Positions 8,201-17,522 of a stretch of 54,719 nucleotides of DNA are shown in pieces. The notes under the pieces are model-generated. The model saw only the letters and a program-made list of their open reading frames with translations. It was not told where the DNA came from and did not search any database. Position 1 is the first letter of the stretch. Every line of letters starts with the position of its first letter. This DNA comes from a virus, in the IMG/VR virus record IMGVR_UViG_3300014166_000001, positions 1 to 54,719 of that record; one strand, 5' to 3'. Position numbers and translations under genes: made by a program.

Positions 8201-10743
8201 TCAGCCGCGAAGCCTGGCCCACGATCTGGAACGGACGGGGGAAGCCCGCTGGCTGTGCCGTGCCGTGACATTTCAACGCCAGTCTCGTCCCCGACACCAA
8301 TCTCAGCAGTGTCGCTGTCGGCTTCCACGGGTGGAGGAGTCTGGGCTGCGCCAGCTTCCAAAGCCGATTTCTCCTTCGCGGCAACATTCTCAAGATCGGT
8401 TGCCGTCTTTTCGTATTCACCAAGTCGCTTCTGATTCTCTGTGTAACGCTTTTGAAGGTCGGCCAATTCCTCTAAGCGTTTTGGGGTTTTCTTATTGAGA
8501 GATTGAATTTTTGCTATGGCCTCACGAAAACTCTCTCCACCCACGCGATAATTTTGAGCGGCATCCCTCGCTTGCTCTGCCTTAGCTTCAGAGATCCCCG
8601 CTTTCGTTTTGGAATAAAGCTCATCCAAAAGAGCATCGACTTTTTCAACCTTCTGAGGTGTTTCCGGGTCATTGTCTGGTAGTGCCTCGCGTTGACGCTT
8701 TGCGGATTGCCACGCCGCCTCCGCACTTCCGTATGAATCCGTCAACTTTATGGCTTCTTCAGACAAGTAAGCTTTTGGAACTGGAAGCTTGCCAAATCCT
8801 TCGGGATTCACGGGCAACGCTTTTACCTTTGCGCGAAAGTCAATCAGTGCCTCTTTGGTGTTCGGCACTTTGAAACTTCCATCTCCCGGTATGTCTATGC
8901 TTACTGTTGCGTTAGGAGACTCGCCTTTCTTCAATTCATCATCGATCCGACCAAGCAACTCTTTTTTAACCTCTTTCGCCGGGCGTTGCCCTTCGACAGC
9001 GGCAACCTTGGACACCTCGGCTTGAGCCTTCGCTACGGCTTGCGGCGGGGTTTCGCTGGGTGTAATTGTTCCACGTGGAACATTCCCTGTCTCGCTTAGC
9101 GGCTTACCTGGCTCAGTAGGTGACTCGACCTCGTTGGAGTGGACGGGCTCGCCGGGCTCGAAAGCTTTTAGATCTTGACCGCTGGCCTTGGCTATTGGCC
9201 CAGCCTCTTCCCGGGATATGAACCGGCCTTTGTCGGTCACAAACCCGAAGTCGGACGTATTTCGGCTCTCGGAAGTTTCGAAGCCTTTGATGCCCAACTT
9301 GTCCAGAATTTCAGGGTGATTGGCCCCGGTGTGGACCTGGCCTTCGGCGCGTACGGCGGCTGAGGCAATCTTCTCTGCCGCAGCGGGTTTGGATTCAGCT
9401 TTGGCAATCTTCAATCCCTCGGCAAAGAACTGGGATTTCTGTGCTGCCCCCATCATCGTCTCTTGCCCGTCGATCATCGCTTGCTCTGGTGACTCACCTT
9501 TAGCCTTTGCATCCTCAACAGCCTTGCTCATGTTAGCCATGGCTTCAGAGGCACCCTTCTGTGCATCGGCATACGCCTTCTCCCACGCCGCAACGTCTGG
9601 GTTAGCCCGGAAAGCGTTCTCGGCCGTAACCTGCAACGATGGCCCCTTGCCAGCCATAGCGGTTTCAGTGACGGCCTTGCCCTGTTTGTAGAAGTCTGAT
9701 GGTGATGCCTCTGACGCTGATTTCAAGTCGAGCGTTGGCACGGCGGAAGAAGCCGGAGCCTCCGGAGGCTGCTGGGCGACAGCCGGGGGAGAGGGCTGGG
9801 GCTCCGGAGGTTTTACGACATCTGGTGCTTTCGCTTGAATCGGCGTTTCTCCGACAGGGCGATCGCTACTGACTGTTTCTGCGGGTAGCCGCTGTGGCGG
9901 AGTTCCAGGATATTCTGGCTGACGACTTTGTTCGACTTTCCCTTCTTTAGTGGCATCTGGTGTTACTTTCTCTATTGACGGTATTTCTCCTCTTGAACGC
10001 ATCGAGTTTAGCCCGAGGACCGCCGGAACAATGAGCCCGTTAATGCGATCCCGCTTTTCTTGCGGAGACACGTCGCTATCAACTACAGCCTTAACGTCAT
10101 CCACAATTCCAGGCACCATGGTTGCAAGCAACCCAAGCCCGACCTTCGGGGCGACTTCACCAGCCGCTATCATGCCGATGCTCTCCGGAGTGGTAAGCGA
10201 CTCGAATTGTTTCTGGAAGTCTGTGCCTTCTGGGTCCAACTGGGTTCTTGGCAACTGAACCAAAGGACGTCCCGCGGTGAGTGGTTCACGTAGTGCGGCC
10301 TGTTCCGGTGTCATCTTCCCGATGCCTTCAGGACTTATGATGAACGGTCGCGGTTGCTCGGCCATGGGTAAATATGTCGATGGACTGACAACATCTCGAA
10401 GCGTGCGACCGGCTCCGGCAACAAACTTGCCCAGCAACCCCGGGATAGCTGATAGCGTTGCCCCCAGTTCTGGGAACGCCCCTGGCACATCTGCTCTGGC
10501 TGGTCCAAGTCCTGTGAAACCAAGGCCCAAAGGATCTGCCGCACGGTTAGCCTGTCCTTGCTGTCTCCCCATCTCCGATCCCTCCGCACCGCTTTGAAGC
10601 AAGCGAGTTAGCATCGAAGGCACTTCGGATGAAAAACCAACCCCTAGCTTCAGCGCGTCCTGTTTGGATACAGAAGGAGTAGGCTCATCGAGCGTGAAAC
10701 CCTCCGGCGCATTGTCTGGAATGAAACCAACGGGAGCAGGCAT
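5251..10743 (-). CDS. Giant (1830 aa) virion-associated/ejection protein with an internal zincin metallopeptidase motif (polyvalent-protein-like)
   Basis: Longest ORF, last gene of the tail/internal-protein operon (the position of T7 gp16). HEMGH at 8032-8046. Contains Pro-rich linkers, coiled-coil stretches and hydrophobic segments near the C-terminus. Confidence 0.7.
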   Translation of the reverse strand: MPAPVGFIPDNAPEGFTLDEPTPSVSKQDALKLGVGFSSEVPSMLTRLLQSGAEGSEMGRQQGQANRAADPLGLGFTGLGPARADVPGAFPELGATLSAIPGLLGKFVAGAGRTLRDVVSPSTYLPMAEQPRPFIISPEGIGKMTPEQAALREPLTAGRPLVQLPRTQLDPEGTDFQKQFESLTTPESIGMIAAGEVAPKVGLGLLATMVPGIVDDVKAVVDSDVSPQEKRDRINGLIVPAVLGLNSMRSRGEIPSIEKVTPDATKEGKVEQSRQPEYPGTPPQRLPAETVSSDRPVGETPIQAKAPDVVKPPEPQPSPPAVAQQPPEAPASSAVPTLDLKSASEASPSDFYKQGKAVTETAMAGKGPSLQVTAENAFRANPDVAAWEKAYADAQKGASEAMANMSKAVEDAKAKGESPEQAMIDGQETMMGAAQKSQFFAEGLKIAKAESKPAAAEKIASAAVRAEGQVHTGANHPEILDKLGIKGFETSESRNTSDFGFVTDKGRFISREEAGPIAKASGQDLKAFEPGEPVHSNEVESPTEPGKPLSETGNVPRGTITPSETPPQAVAKAQAEVSKVAAVEGQRPAKEVKKELLGRIDDELKKGESPNATVSIDIPGDGSFKVPNTKEALIDFRAKVKALPVNPEGFGKLPVPKAYLSEEAIKLTDSYGSAEAAWQSAKRQREALPDNDPETPQKVEKVDALLDELYSKTKAGISEAKAEQARDAAQNYRVGGESFREAIAKIQSLNKKTPKRLEELADLQKRYTENQKRLGEYEKTATDLENVAAKEKSALEAGAAQTPPPVEADSDTAEIGVGDETGVEMSRHGTASGLPPSVPDRGPGFAAELLEASRQLGTLVRSRVTLAKGVAGQYVRARASIGQNDRIEVVDIHNQLTVAHEMGHDIDALIWPKTNLARSQRSLEERVPGTSGKDLQKELIPISELMRGPITGTKGHQAYRKSAVELIADFFSLYAHDPETARNMAPKFSEGFEKQLSTNPDSAGVINQLLEGNVEPVPAEQTSSGPAAAPTETPGKVRSRLFADPVARDAPAAVAAQDLVKGTVREFESRVQRARVTADKWREQVPNKADRSDVGAFVEGIGNIELPGDTIDGVKDRMSPVMRMLAKTYRFEIEAQRNEINAYLKDSEQGEYLKFLEDYLPHFYANSTAGPVRSALTRFVKDSPNAKARKLPTVREAIDLGLIPITQDPAVLYEHHANINWRVATNRQLMYTLKDMKLSTGEPAVVPAKDAPPGWEITQNPLVQKVYARQTPNGVMIWKGGAAIHPDVWNAVRQILEQPVSSDLGKAYDSVNALTRANAFAFSMFHDLTLRSAAGGEMMGANPFRGLLRLFERNPQTGQLEAFRSTRGLGKDLLKDEEAVADAAKHGLKFAWTDSESYQHNARDFLDKAAAKWRDVPYLGKTVALARDIQHMRQEGLWKNTHDAFKIVAYNDAVSKALADAPKGTNVNQVKEQIASRLNDAFGGQEWQTKFWLSPQVRHAMSRFFLAPDWTLSTLRSVPGVSDAASIIRTQTPRLVGREPGVANMEGVAGNLGRGKFWAGELAALAGATLATQYAIYSAFGNDRKGDKPWVWDNESGQRTRIDITPLMRMLPWHNEKDPTRYYVNLGKRPQEVLAWIIHPEVNVMAKMARPVAEVFHQITGMEGDFKEPWKQDHETFAESIPQRAKSVEKEAIPFVFSGNQFALSVPFRKGMTKSKAQNAYESVYELATDPNRLRSFLRGQQPSEGSLQSMVSEITDAATRNGVPAEEIRKRALSTVRGHHYSLYFKALKDNDKPTMEKEANAIIRLGGTQQGMHESIINREKLQPRLNE

Positions 10744-10746
10744 TGG

Positions 10747-11625
10747 CTATTCCTCTTCTTCGTCTGGTGTGGTGTCCGGGGATGCGCCGCCTTGCTCAGC
10801 TTCCTGAATTAACGACCAGCCATCCGGAAGCGTTGAGCTTTGCGGAATTGTGCCGCTTACTCCACCCGGGCCTTTGACCTTTACCCGAGATGCCTTTGGC
10901 GGAATAGTCCCAGCGCCAGGCGCCGGCATGGCACCAGAGATAGCTTGAGCCGCGTTTGGTTGTGCGTACTTCCCTTCCAACGCAGTCCGTAGTTTTCGGA
11001 TCTGACCGATGCGGTTCAGTGACTTAAGGCGAGTCGCGTCGTCCATTAACGCCCCTCCTGTGGTCAAAGCCTTTTGCAGTGCATTCTCCTCACTGAGTAA
11101 CGAAGCGTGAGACTGCATATCGAAAGGTGAAGGGCGAACCGAAGAAGCCCTTGGAGGGCGCGCCTGAGTTATCTCTCCGGTTTCAGGATCCTCCTTCAAC
11201 ACCTCGCCCTGAGTTCCAAAATGCAAAGCTGGCTTGTTGAGTTTATCTCGTCCCAACTGCAACGTATCCGTACGGTATTGAGCCAACGCATCAGCAGCAT
11301 CACCACGTTGCCCCAGCTCAGCCGTGCGGTATTTATCAAGCCCAGCGGCCGACGCAGCCTGTTGAGCGACCTGAGCCTGGTGCCACTGATCCATCATGTT
11401 GATCTGCCGCTCTTTTAGCATGTTCTCGGTGTTCGCTAGTTGTAACCGTTGCTGTGCGGCATCCGACCGCGCCGCCTCTTCGGCGGCCAGTTGGTTGTAG
11501 GCCAGCGAGAGGCGATCGGCTGCTGCAGACGACGCTAGGTCTTGGCCGCGTGCTTGCAGTCCGGCGCTCGCGCCCGCCGACATTGCGCCCAGGAAATTAG
11601 GGGGAGACAGCCAAGGAGGTATCAT
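10747..11625 (-). CDS. Gln/Ala-rich coiled-coil protein, probable internal virion protein
   Basis: ORF immediately upstream of the giant gene. ATG at 11625 is preceded by aaggaaag. Low-complexity, with an acidic C-terminal tail. Confidence 0.55.
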   Translation of the reverse strand: MIPPWLSPPNFLGAMSAGASAGLQARGQDLASSAAADRLSLAYNQLAAEEAARSDAAQQRLQLANTENMLKERQINMMDQWHQAQVAQQAASAAGLDKYRTAELGQRGDAADALAQYRTDTLQLGRDKLNKPALHFGTQGEVLKEDPETGEITQARPPRASSVRPSPFDMQSHASLLSEENALQKALTTGGALMDDATRLKSLNRIGQIRKLRTALEGKYAQPNAAQAISGAMPAPGAGTIPPKASRVKVKGPGGVSGTIPQSSTLPDGWSLIQEAEQGGASPDTTPDEEEE

Positions 11626-11666
11626 ATTTGTCTTTCCTTTCCAATGCCTATAACCATAATACCAGA

Positions 11667-12185
11667 ATGACAAAACATAAGGATTCGGTTGAGGAATTTG
11701 TGTCTAAACGCCCGCAAAATAGAAAAGTACCTTTTAACAAACGATTCTGGGAGCACGTTGAAATAGGTGGTTTGGATGAGTGCTGGCCCTGGACTGGGGC
11801 TTGTTCGTCCAAGGGTTACGGAAGTGTTGGATGGATTGGAAGGTCCACCCTGGTTGCCCATCGGGCTGCATACATGCTTACCTTCGGAGAGGTGCCTTCT
11901 TCGGTTAAACTTTGCCATCGTTGCGACAACCGAAAATGCTGCAATCCTTTTCACCTTTTTGAAGGTACAGACCTGACTAACCGACTCGATTGCGTTAGAA
12001 AGGGACGACACAACACGTACACCGGCAAGAAACAAAAGTACCGATATTTGGTCGAGGAGGACATTCCGACAATAAGGAAGTACTTGGATGAAGGACAATC
12101 CCAGGGGGCTATTGCTCGATTGTTCTCGGTCGACCCGACAACAATTTGGGCCATCGTGCATGGTAAAACGTGGTCGCATATTTGA
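11667..12185 (+). CDS. HNH homing endonuclease (HNH_3-type) with C-terminal HTH
   Basis: CWPWTG...GYG...AHRAAY...CHRCDNRKCCNPFHLFEGT..N. Opposite strand, sitting in the gap between two structural genes. Confidence 0.85.
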   Translation: MTKHKDSVEEFVSKRPQNRKVPFNKRFWEHVEIGGLDECWPWTGACSSKGYGSVGWIGRSTLVAHRAAYMLTFGEVPSSVKLCHRCDNRKCCNPFHLFEGTDLTNRLDCVRKGRHNTYTGKKQKYRYLVEEDIPTIRKYLDEGQSQGAIARLFSVDPTTIWAIVHGKTWSHI

Positions 12186-12186
12186 G

Positions 12187-13113
12187 TTATACTCCTACGT
12201 CTGTTCCTACGTCAAAGTTTCTCAAGAAGTCGTCCATCCATTGCTGTGAGTCTGCCCCAGGTGTGAACGCCCCTCCGTACCCACCTTCGGCCCCCAGCGA
12301 CCACTGGTTATTGGCCGGCACCGTCCCAGCGGGTGTGCCGGTGCCGTAGTTCTGCAACCAGTCCTGTCCAAGTCCGTAGTCATTTGGTTGCCACGCAGCC
12401 GCTCCGGAAGCGATAGGATCGAAACCTGAGCCGTACGGAGATGATCGTGTTATGGACGTGCCAAGACTATTGGCTGACACTTCACCGGGTCCAACCCCTG
12501 CCCCACCAGACATAAATCTATCGTTCGGGAATCCAAGGGCGTCCGTACCAGAACCACCACCACCAACGCCACCTCCTCCGCTTCGAGTGCCGCCGCCGCC
12601 CGCACGCAACGAATTTAGGTACTTGTTGAACAACCCTTCGGCGTGCGACCCGGCCGCCGCAGGGTCCGGTGCCGACCGGTTCACGGCGTTGCTCTGTGAG
12701 AGGGATGCTTGCAGAGCAGGGTTAACCGTCTGGGTGCCACTGACCGTGGGAATGAACGAGTTGTAGTCAGCAAGGCCCTGTTGAGCTTGGTTCTCGGCAA
12801 ACCCAGCGATATTCCCAAAGAGTCGGTTCATAGCCAGCCCGTTCTTGGGTAACCCCGGCATGCCGCTGGTTAGCCCGTACGTCGCTGCGGCGTTCTGAAG
12901 CGCGTTCATCGTTGCCGGGCTGATGCTGCCGCCAAGCTTCGCGCCTATAGTGCCGCTCGCCGCTGAGTTGAGCCCGGCCAGACCGGGTATTTGGCCAGCG
13001 AGATCGCCAGCGGGGTTTGGGAGGTCGGTGATGCCTGGGACTTGGCCGAACACGCCTTGTCCGGGCAACGGGTTTGGCTGGACGTTATAATTATAAGGTT
13101 GATTCGTTGGCAT
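12187..13113 (-). CDS. Gly/Asn/Gln-rich low-complexity protein, probable internal virion protein
   Basis: 308-aa ORF in the tail/ejection operon, with GGGGTRSGGGGVGGGGSG tracts. Confidence 0.55.
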   Translation of the reverse strand: MPTNQPYNYNVQPNPLPGQGVFGQVPGITDLPNPAGDLAGQIPGLAGLNSAASGTIGAKLGGSISPATMNALQNAAATYGLTSGMPGLPKNGLAMNRLFGNIAGFAENQAQQGLADYNSFIPTVSGTQTVNPALQASLSQSNAVNRSAPDPAAAGSHAEGLFNKYLNSLRAGGGGTRSGGGGVGGGGSGTDALGFPNDRFMSGGAGVGPGEVSANSLGTSITRSSPYGSGFDPIASGAAAWQPNDYGLGQDWLQNYGTGTPAGTVPANNQWSLGAEGGYGGAFTPGADSQQWMDDFLRNFDVGTDVGV

Positions 13114-13134
13114 ACAAAGGCTTTAATTGGAGGC

Positions 13135-13605
13135 ATGGACTTAAAGAGAGTGCCGCTCGCTGTAAGGTTAATGCTCCAAACAAAATCGGATGGAGATTGT
13201 TTGGTGTGCAAAGCTTCTTTAGACAAAGACGGATACGCAAGACTACGGCTACCAAAGTCAGATCTTCGTATCCGCGCTCACCGGTTGGCGTACATGCTTT
13301 TTGTTGGAGAAATTCCAGAAGGCATGTGTGTGTGTCATCGGTGTGACAATCCTCCCTGCGTAAACCCAGACCATTTGTTTTTAGGAACAAGCGAGGACAA
13401 CTCAAAAGACCGAAGCAAAAAGGGAATATCTTCTTCAGGTGAGAAACACACGAACGCGAAGCTAACCGAAAAACAAGTCCGAATAATTCGAGCGTCTTAT
13501 CCGGAAATGAATCAAGTAGAATTGGCAAAAAAGTATCGTGTTTCACAATGCACTATTTTCAACGTTCTCAGAAATAAACATTACAAGGCACCTCAAAACG
13601 CCTGA
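13135..13605 (+). CDS. HNH homing endonuclease (HNH_3-type) with C-terminal HTH
   Basis: DGYARL...AHRLAY...CHRCDNPPCVNPDHLFLGTSEDN. Opposite strand between structural genes; its 3' end overlaps the convergent gene by 13 nt. Confidence 0.85.
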   Translation: MDLKRVPLAVRLMLQTKSDGDCLVCKASLDKDGYARLRLPKSDLRIRAHRLAYMLFVGEIPEGMCVCHRCDNPPCVNPDHLFLGTSEDNSKDRSKKGISSSGEKHTNAKLTEKQVRIIRASYPEMNQVELAKKYRVSQCTIFNVLRNKHYKAPQNA

Positions 13606-14618
13606 TTGCTTCGGACTCCAGAACCAAGAGAGTTAAGCCCAACGGTAAACTGATCGTCCGGTGAGTTATCCTCTAATGTTCTGTTCATCACTTCTATTGC
13701 GTCCTTCTCAAAGGCCCTAGCGCCATCTCGATCACCGGCATCTTCTCTGATAATGCCCATAATTGCGAGTTTCAGAGCATCGACATTTGGCACAAGCACT
13801 AGGTCATTAGGCTGCTGTGCATCAATTGCTCTCAACTTTACAAACATCACAACCCCGCGCTTCGTGCCGCAGCAATTCGGCTGGAACGTGGAGCCTTGCC
13901 CCGGGTTTGGCCATGGGATATTCAGCTTGTAACGGCTGTACGTTGGCGTCGTCTCGCTCGGTTCGTAGTGGGCAATGTCCTCGAGGAGGTTGGTCGTCGC
14001 ATTGTACGCGTAGACGTCAACGATCATGGTCGTTGGGTCGCGTACGATGTAGTCTATCCTCCGCACGAAGCTGGCCGTGCTGCCGAATGGAGTCGCCAGC
14101 GTAAGCAACGCCCCTTGTGTTATGGCTCCCGTAACCGGGTCGAACGTGATGAGCGGTTGACCGTTGTTATCCTCTCCAAATATACGCATGGTCTTGCCGT
14201 AGTCAGCATTGCACCTGGCGTACGCCCGTATGGTACGTCCGTCGCCCATGACATCCTGAAAGACTGACGTGCTCGCCTGCTGCGTGATGCCGGATTGCTG
14301 TCCCAGCCAACTCGATAGCCATGTGCCCCAGCCGCAATGGTTCTGATTGTAGGCAAGGAACTCGAACCAGCCGTTCTTTACCTGAATCTCTCGGTTGCAG
14401 AAGTTGATCTTCCGGATCTGCTGCACATATCGAGGCATCACCAAGCACCCGTTGTACACGCACACGAAAATAGGGATAGCCGTATCAAACCAGTCGCCGC
14501 GGCGCATGAGCCGGCGCGCAGCCTCGTTTATCAGGTCGGTAGCGTCCTGGCTAGTGGCGCACGCCCCGACGATCCGTTTGATGCCGGGAGAGTTTTGAGT
14601 GTCTTGGAGGCTAAGCAT
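13593..14618 (-). CDS. Virion structural protein (tail/adaptor region), function unknown
   Basis: 341-aa ORF within the co-directional tail operon. Confidence 0.55.
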   Translation of the reverse strand: MLSLQDTQNSPGIKRIVGACATSQDATDLINEAARRLMRRGDWFDTAIPIFVCVYNGCLVMPRYVQQIRKINFCNREIQVKNGWFEFLAYNQNHCGWGTWLSSWLGQQSGITQQASTSVFQDVMGDGRTIRAYARCNADYGKTMRIFGEDNNGQPLITFDPVTGAITQGALLTLATPFGSTASFVRRIDYIVRDPTTMIVDVYAYNATTNLLEDIAHYEPSETTPTYSRYKLNIPWPNPGQGSTFQPNCCGTKRGVVMFVKLRAIDAQQPNDLVLVPNVDALKLAIMGIIREDAGDRDGARAFEKDAIEVMNRTLEDNSPDDQFTVGLNSLGSGVRSNQAF

Positions 14619-14622
14619 AAAT

Positions 14623-15465
14623 TTAAGGGCACGGATTCGGACCGCAAGCGTTACGAGTGGTTAAACATGAAGCGGCCAAACAGCCATCAGCGAGGCACAA
14701 TGCATAAAGTTGATCGCACGCGGCACATGCGGCAATGGCATTTGCGTCGGCTAGAGATACTTGAGAGAAAAACTCGCCACCGTTCCACGTCCAACTGTAG
14801 GGACCATGGAAACCGCACCCGGGAGAGCAAGCACATCCGTTCACATACACATTATTTGTGTTGAACCAGCCGCACTCCTGAAATGCCTGTGCGTTCACTT
14901 TGGCCAAGTCGGCCGCCCTTAGGTTAAGCAACGCCTTAACTGCAGCTATTTGCGACGTAGTTGGCTGGAGCAAGTCCTCGGTAAACGTGCCGGCGGGAAC
15001 GCAATTAGTTATCGGCTCTCTTTGGACCTGGCCGGCTGGGCAGGTGGTGTTGTCAGTTGTAAAGCACTGCTCATCGTTGCCGATCGTCTGTTTAAGCCCG
15101 GCCGGGATGGGTGTGAGAGTGGCAATAACATCGCAGTTGGCCTGTCTCCTGGCCCATTCGTGTTGCATAGCCGCAGCAACCGATTCGATCAAAGCCAAGC
15201 TGGCTCCAAATGGAATTATGCCGGTAATAGGCCCGCGACAACTCATCAATACTGCCGTTCCTCCAGTGCCGGGTGGAGTTTGGACCGGTGGAACCGTTCC
15301 CTTTCCTATGGTGATAATTACCGGAAACCTACCTGGCTGGCAGTAGTATCCAGGTGGGCAGTCAACGACAAACGAGAAATCCTGGGTTGCATAGACCAAA
15401 AATCCATAATCCAAGTCGTTTGGGACCAATACGTCAACCGGGCAGCATGCTCGACAGTCGCTCAT
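14623..15465 (-). CDS. Cysteine-rich (21 Cys in 280 aa) putative tail protein
   Basis: ORF with an ATGA overlap to the upstream nozzle-like gene. Cys counted from the translation. Confidence 0.6.
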   Translation of the reverse strand: MSDCRACCPVDVLVPNDLDYGFLVYATQDFSFVVDCPPGYYCQPGRFPVIITIGKGTVPPVQTPPGTGGTAVLMSCRGPITGIIPFGASLALIESVAAAMQHEWARRQANCDVIATLTPIPAGLKQTIGNDEQCFTTDNTTCPAGQVQREPITNCVPAGTFTEDLLQPTTSQIAAVKALLNLRAADLAKVNAQAFQECGWFNTNNVYVNGCACSPGCGFHGPYSWTWNGGEFFSQVSLADANAIAACAACDQLYALCLADGCLAASCLTTRNACGPNPCP

Positions 15466-17522
15466 GTTTCACAAATTGGCGTGCAACTCTTCGGAGCAAA
15501 ACCAGGTTCAGGCAACTCAATGCACTCGAACTTACCCCCAAGAAAGCGGCATTGGCCAGTGATTTGTATCCGGACTTGGAAGCTATAGCCATTTCTCAAC
15601 GGTCGGTTGGTGCATGGGTCACAGTCCACAACGCTCGGCTGACCAAGCCCCATACGCGGCCGGAAACCCGGCTGAAAGTTCGCCGTTGTGGGATCGGTCT
15701 GGTTGCTGGCTGTTGAGCACTCCGACCAGCTAAACCAATCCACCCAACCGGGCCATTGGTCGGGCTGGTACTGCACCCTAAATATGACAAGTCCGACGAG
15801 TTGATCCACAAATATCTCACCATTCCGCAACTGTTTGAATTTCCTGTCCCCAGTCTGTGGGTCCTTGAACATCTGAGGGCTTTCCAGGACGTAGGTGATC
15901 GGGTCGGCTGCGTTGTCATAGTACTGTTTCGTGTTGAATGCCTGTCCCTCGGCAAGAAGTTCGCGCAGCTCAATTTCGTTGAGAGCCGTGTTGAGGCAGA
16001 ACGCAAAGGCTCGCTGGACGGTCGAGAATATGCCGGTGAGTAGCTGAAAAGGCTGCGGCCCCAGCCAAACTCCCTCCCAAATCGAAGGGGCTTTACCAGC
16101 GATTCCCGATAACGGGTCTGCGTTCAAAACGACCAGTCCCTTGTGATACACGCCCTGGTCAGAAACGGTCGGCGCCAGAGTCATCATCAACCGGTTATCG
16201 AAGAATATCGCGCTAGAGAAAGGCAGGAGAGCTGGAGAGTCGAGCGGAAGAACACGGTTCAGCTCGAAGCTGATCGGCGTGTTGCCCCAGGTGTTAAAGT
16301 CGCGCCGTGCAAGAATCATCGACCGTATGCCGTCGACCGCCCGCATCAGAGTGTCACCGTTAACGGCGATCGTTGAGTACTGCCCCATGCCGCCGTTGGC
16401 GATCATGCCTTCGGTGACGATGGGGTTTTGCACGCTGGTCCACGTAGTGCGGTCCAGTGGTGCTTGACATGAGAATGTAATAGTTGGTGTTACAACTAAC
16501 AGAGGTCCCTGGCCAAGTTGCTGGTCGAGGATGGCTTGGAAGATCATCGCTTGGATGGACCCAACCGATCCGGGAACAAAGAAGTTTCCGCCGCCAGCCA
16601 GATAAGAGTTTTCCGTGATGTTCAACACGGCGTCTCGGTAGTTCTCGGCTTGAGTGCCGCTGCTGCCGCCCACTAAGTCCCCGGCGATGAATTGTTCCCC
16701 GTCGACCAAGCTCATCCAGACACGACCTAGCCCATAGCAACCCATGCGGCCCGGGGGTAGCTCGGTTCCTATATGCTGCCAACTGACAACCGTGCCGATC
16801 GGAACTATGCTTCCCAGCGGCGTGGCTGTTTGATTGGTGAGTGTAGCCGTTCCGGGTGCTCCTGGGGCTACGGTCGTGACAACATACTGTCCGAAATTCT
16901 TGAACGTGATGATGTCACCAACCAGCATTTGAGTGTTGTCAGCAAAATTGACAGCTCCAGTGATGGCGCCTATAGCGTCGACCTTGAATGTGGCCGCAAC
17001 TACGGTCGTAGTGAACAGGACGGGCGTTGAATAGTTGGAACGTCTCGAAGTGGTTCCGTCATAAAAGATCGGGTTCACTCCCTCGCCATTGGTAATGATC
17101 ATCCACTTCTCCGCCTGCCATAGCCATGCCTGTGGAGCTACGGGATCGTTTGGATCACCTGGGACGGTTATCTCCGTCACCGTTACCGTGTTGTTTGTCT
17201 GCGGTGTGAACAGGAACAGGCGGCCTCCGATCTGTGCAATCAGGCTTTCCACCAGACTGTCAGCCCGATAGTACCCAGCCCCCTGCCAAAGCCCTTTCTT
17301 GACCGTCACTTCCACGCCATTTGGATCCGGACTTGGAAAAACCAGTGTGCGAGTGATGATGGGGGGTCGTGGATGCGCGAACGTGCCGCGGCAACTGACG
17401 TTGACCGCATACGATAGCTGGTCCTCGACCAAAAGCAGCGGATCAATACCGCTGTTCATGCCCTTGTCGAAGCTCCCCAGGAATTCAACAAAGACCTTCG
17501 GTGTGTCGGATTTGGCTGGCAT
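15462..17522 (-). CDS. Tail tubular protein B / nozzle-like protein (T7 gp12-like N-terminus)
   Basis: N-terminus KGMNSGIDPLLLVEDQLSYAVNVSCRGTFAHPRPP parallels T7 gp12 KGGISQQPDILRYPDQ...N...GLQKRPP. 686 aa, adjacent to the fibre-like gene. Confidence 0.5.
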   Translation of the reverse strand: MPAKSDTPKVFVEFLGSFDKGMNSGIDPLLLVEDQLSYAVNVSCRGTFAHPRPPIITRTLVFPSPDPNGVEVTVKKGLWQGAGYYRADSLVESLIAQIGGRLFLFTPQTNNTVTVTEITVPGDPNDPVAPQAWLWQAEKWMIITNGEGVNPIFYDGTTSRRSNYSTPVLFTTTVVAATFKVDAIGAITGAVNFADNTQMLVGDIITFKNFGQYVVTTVAPGAPGTATLTNQTATPLGSIVPIGTVVSWQHIGTELPPGRMGCYGLGRVWMSLVDGEQFIAGDLVGGSSGTQAENYRDAVLNITENSYLAGGGNFFVPGSVGSIQAMIFQAILDQQLGQGPLLVVTPTITFSCQAPLDRTTWTSVQNPIVTEGMIANGGMGQYSTIAVNGDTLMRAVDGIRSMILARRDFNTWGNTPISFELNRVLPLDSPALLPFSSAIFFDNRLMMTLAPTVSDQGVYHKGLVVLNADPLSGIAGKAPSIWEGVWLGPQPFQLLTGIFSTVQRAFAFCLNTALNEIELRELLAEGQAFNTKQYYDNAADPITYVLESPQMFKDPQTGDRKFKQLRNGEIFVDQLVGLVIFRVQYQPDQWPGWVDWFSWSECSTASNQTDPTTANFQPGFRPRMGLGQPSVVDCDPCTNRPLRNGYSFQVRIQITGQCRFLGGKFECIELPEPGFAPKSCTPICET

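Noticed and set aside
8141-10597. Numerous 60-130-aa ORFs on the plus strand inside the giant gene
   Set aside because: All are embedded antisense in a single 5.5-kb ORF. Their Ser/Pro/Arg-rich translations are typical of antisense frames.
11622-12179. 185-aa minus-strand ORF that would keep the tail operon uninterrupted
   Set aside because: It is the antisense shadow of the plus-strand HNH gene (CHRCDNRKCCNP motif).
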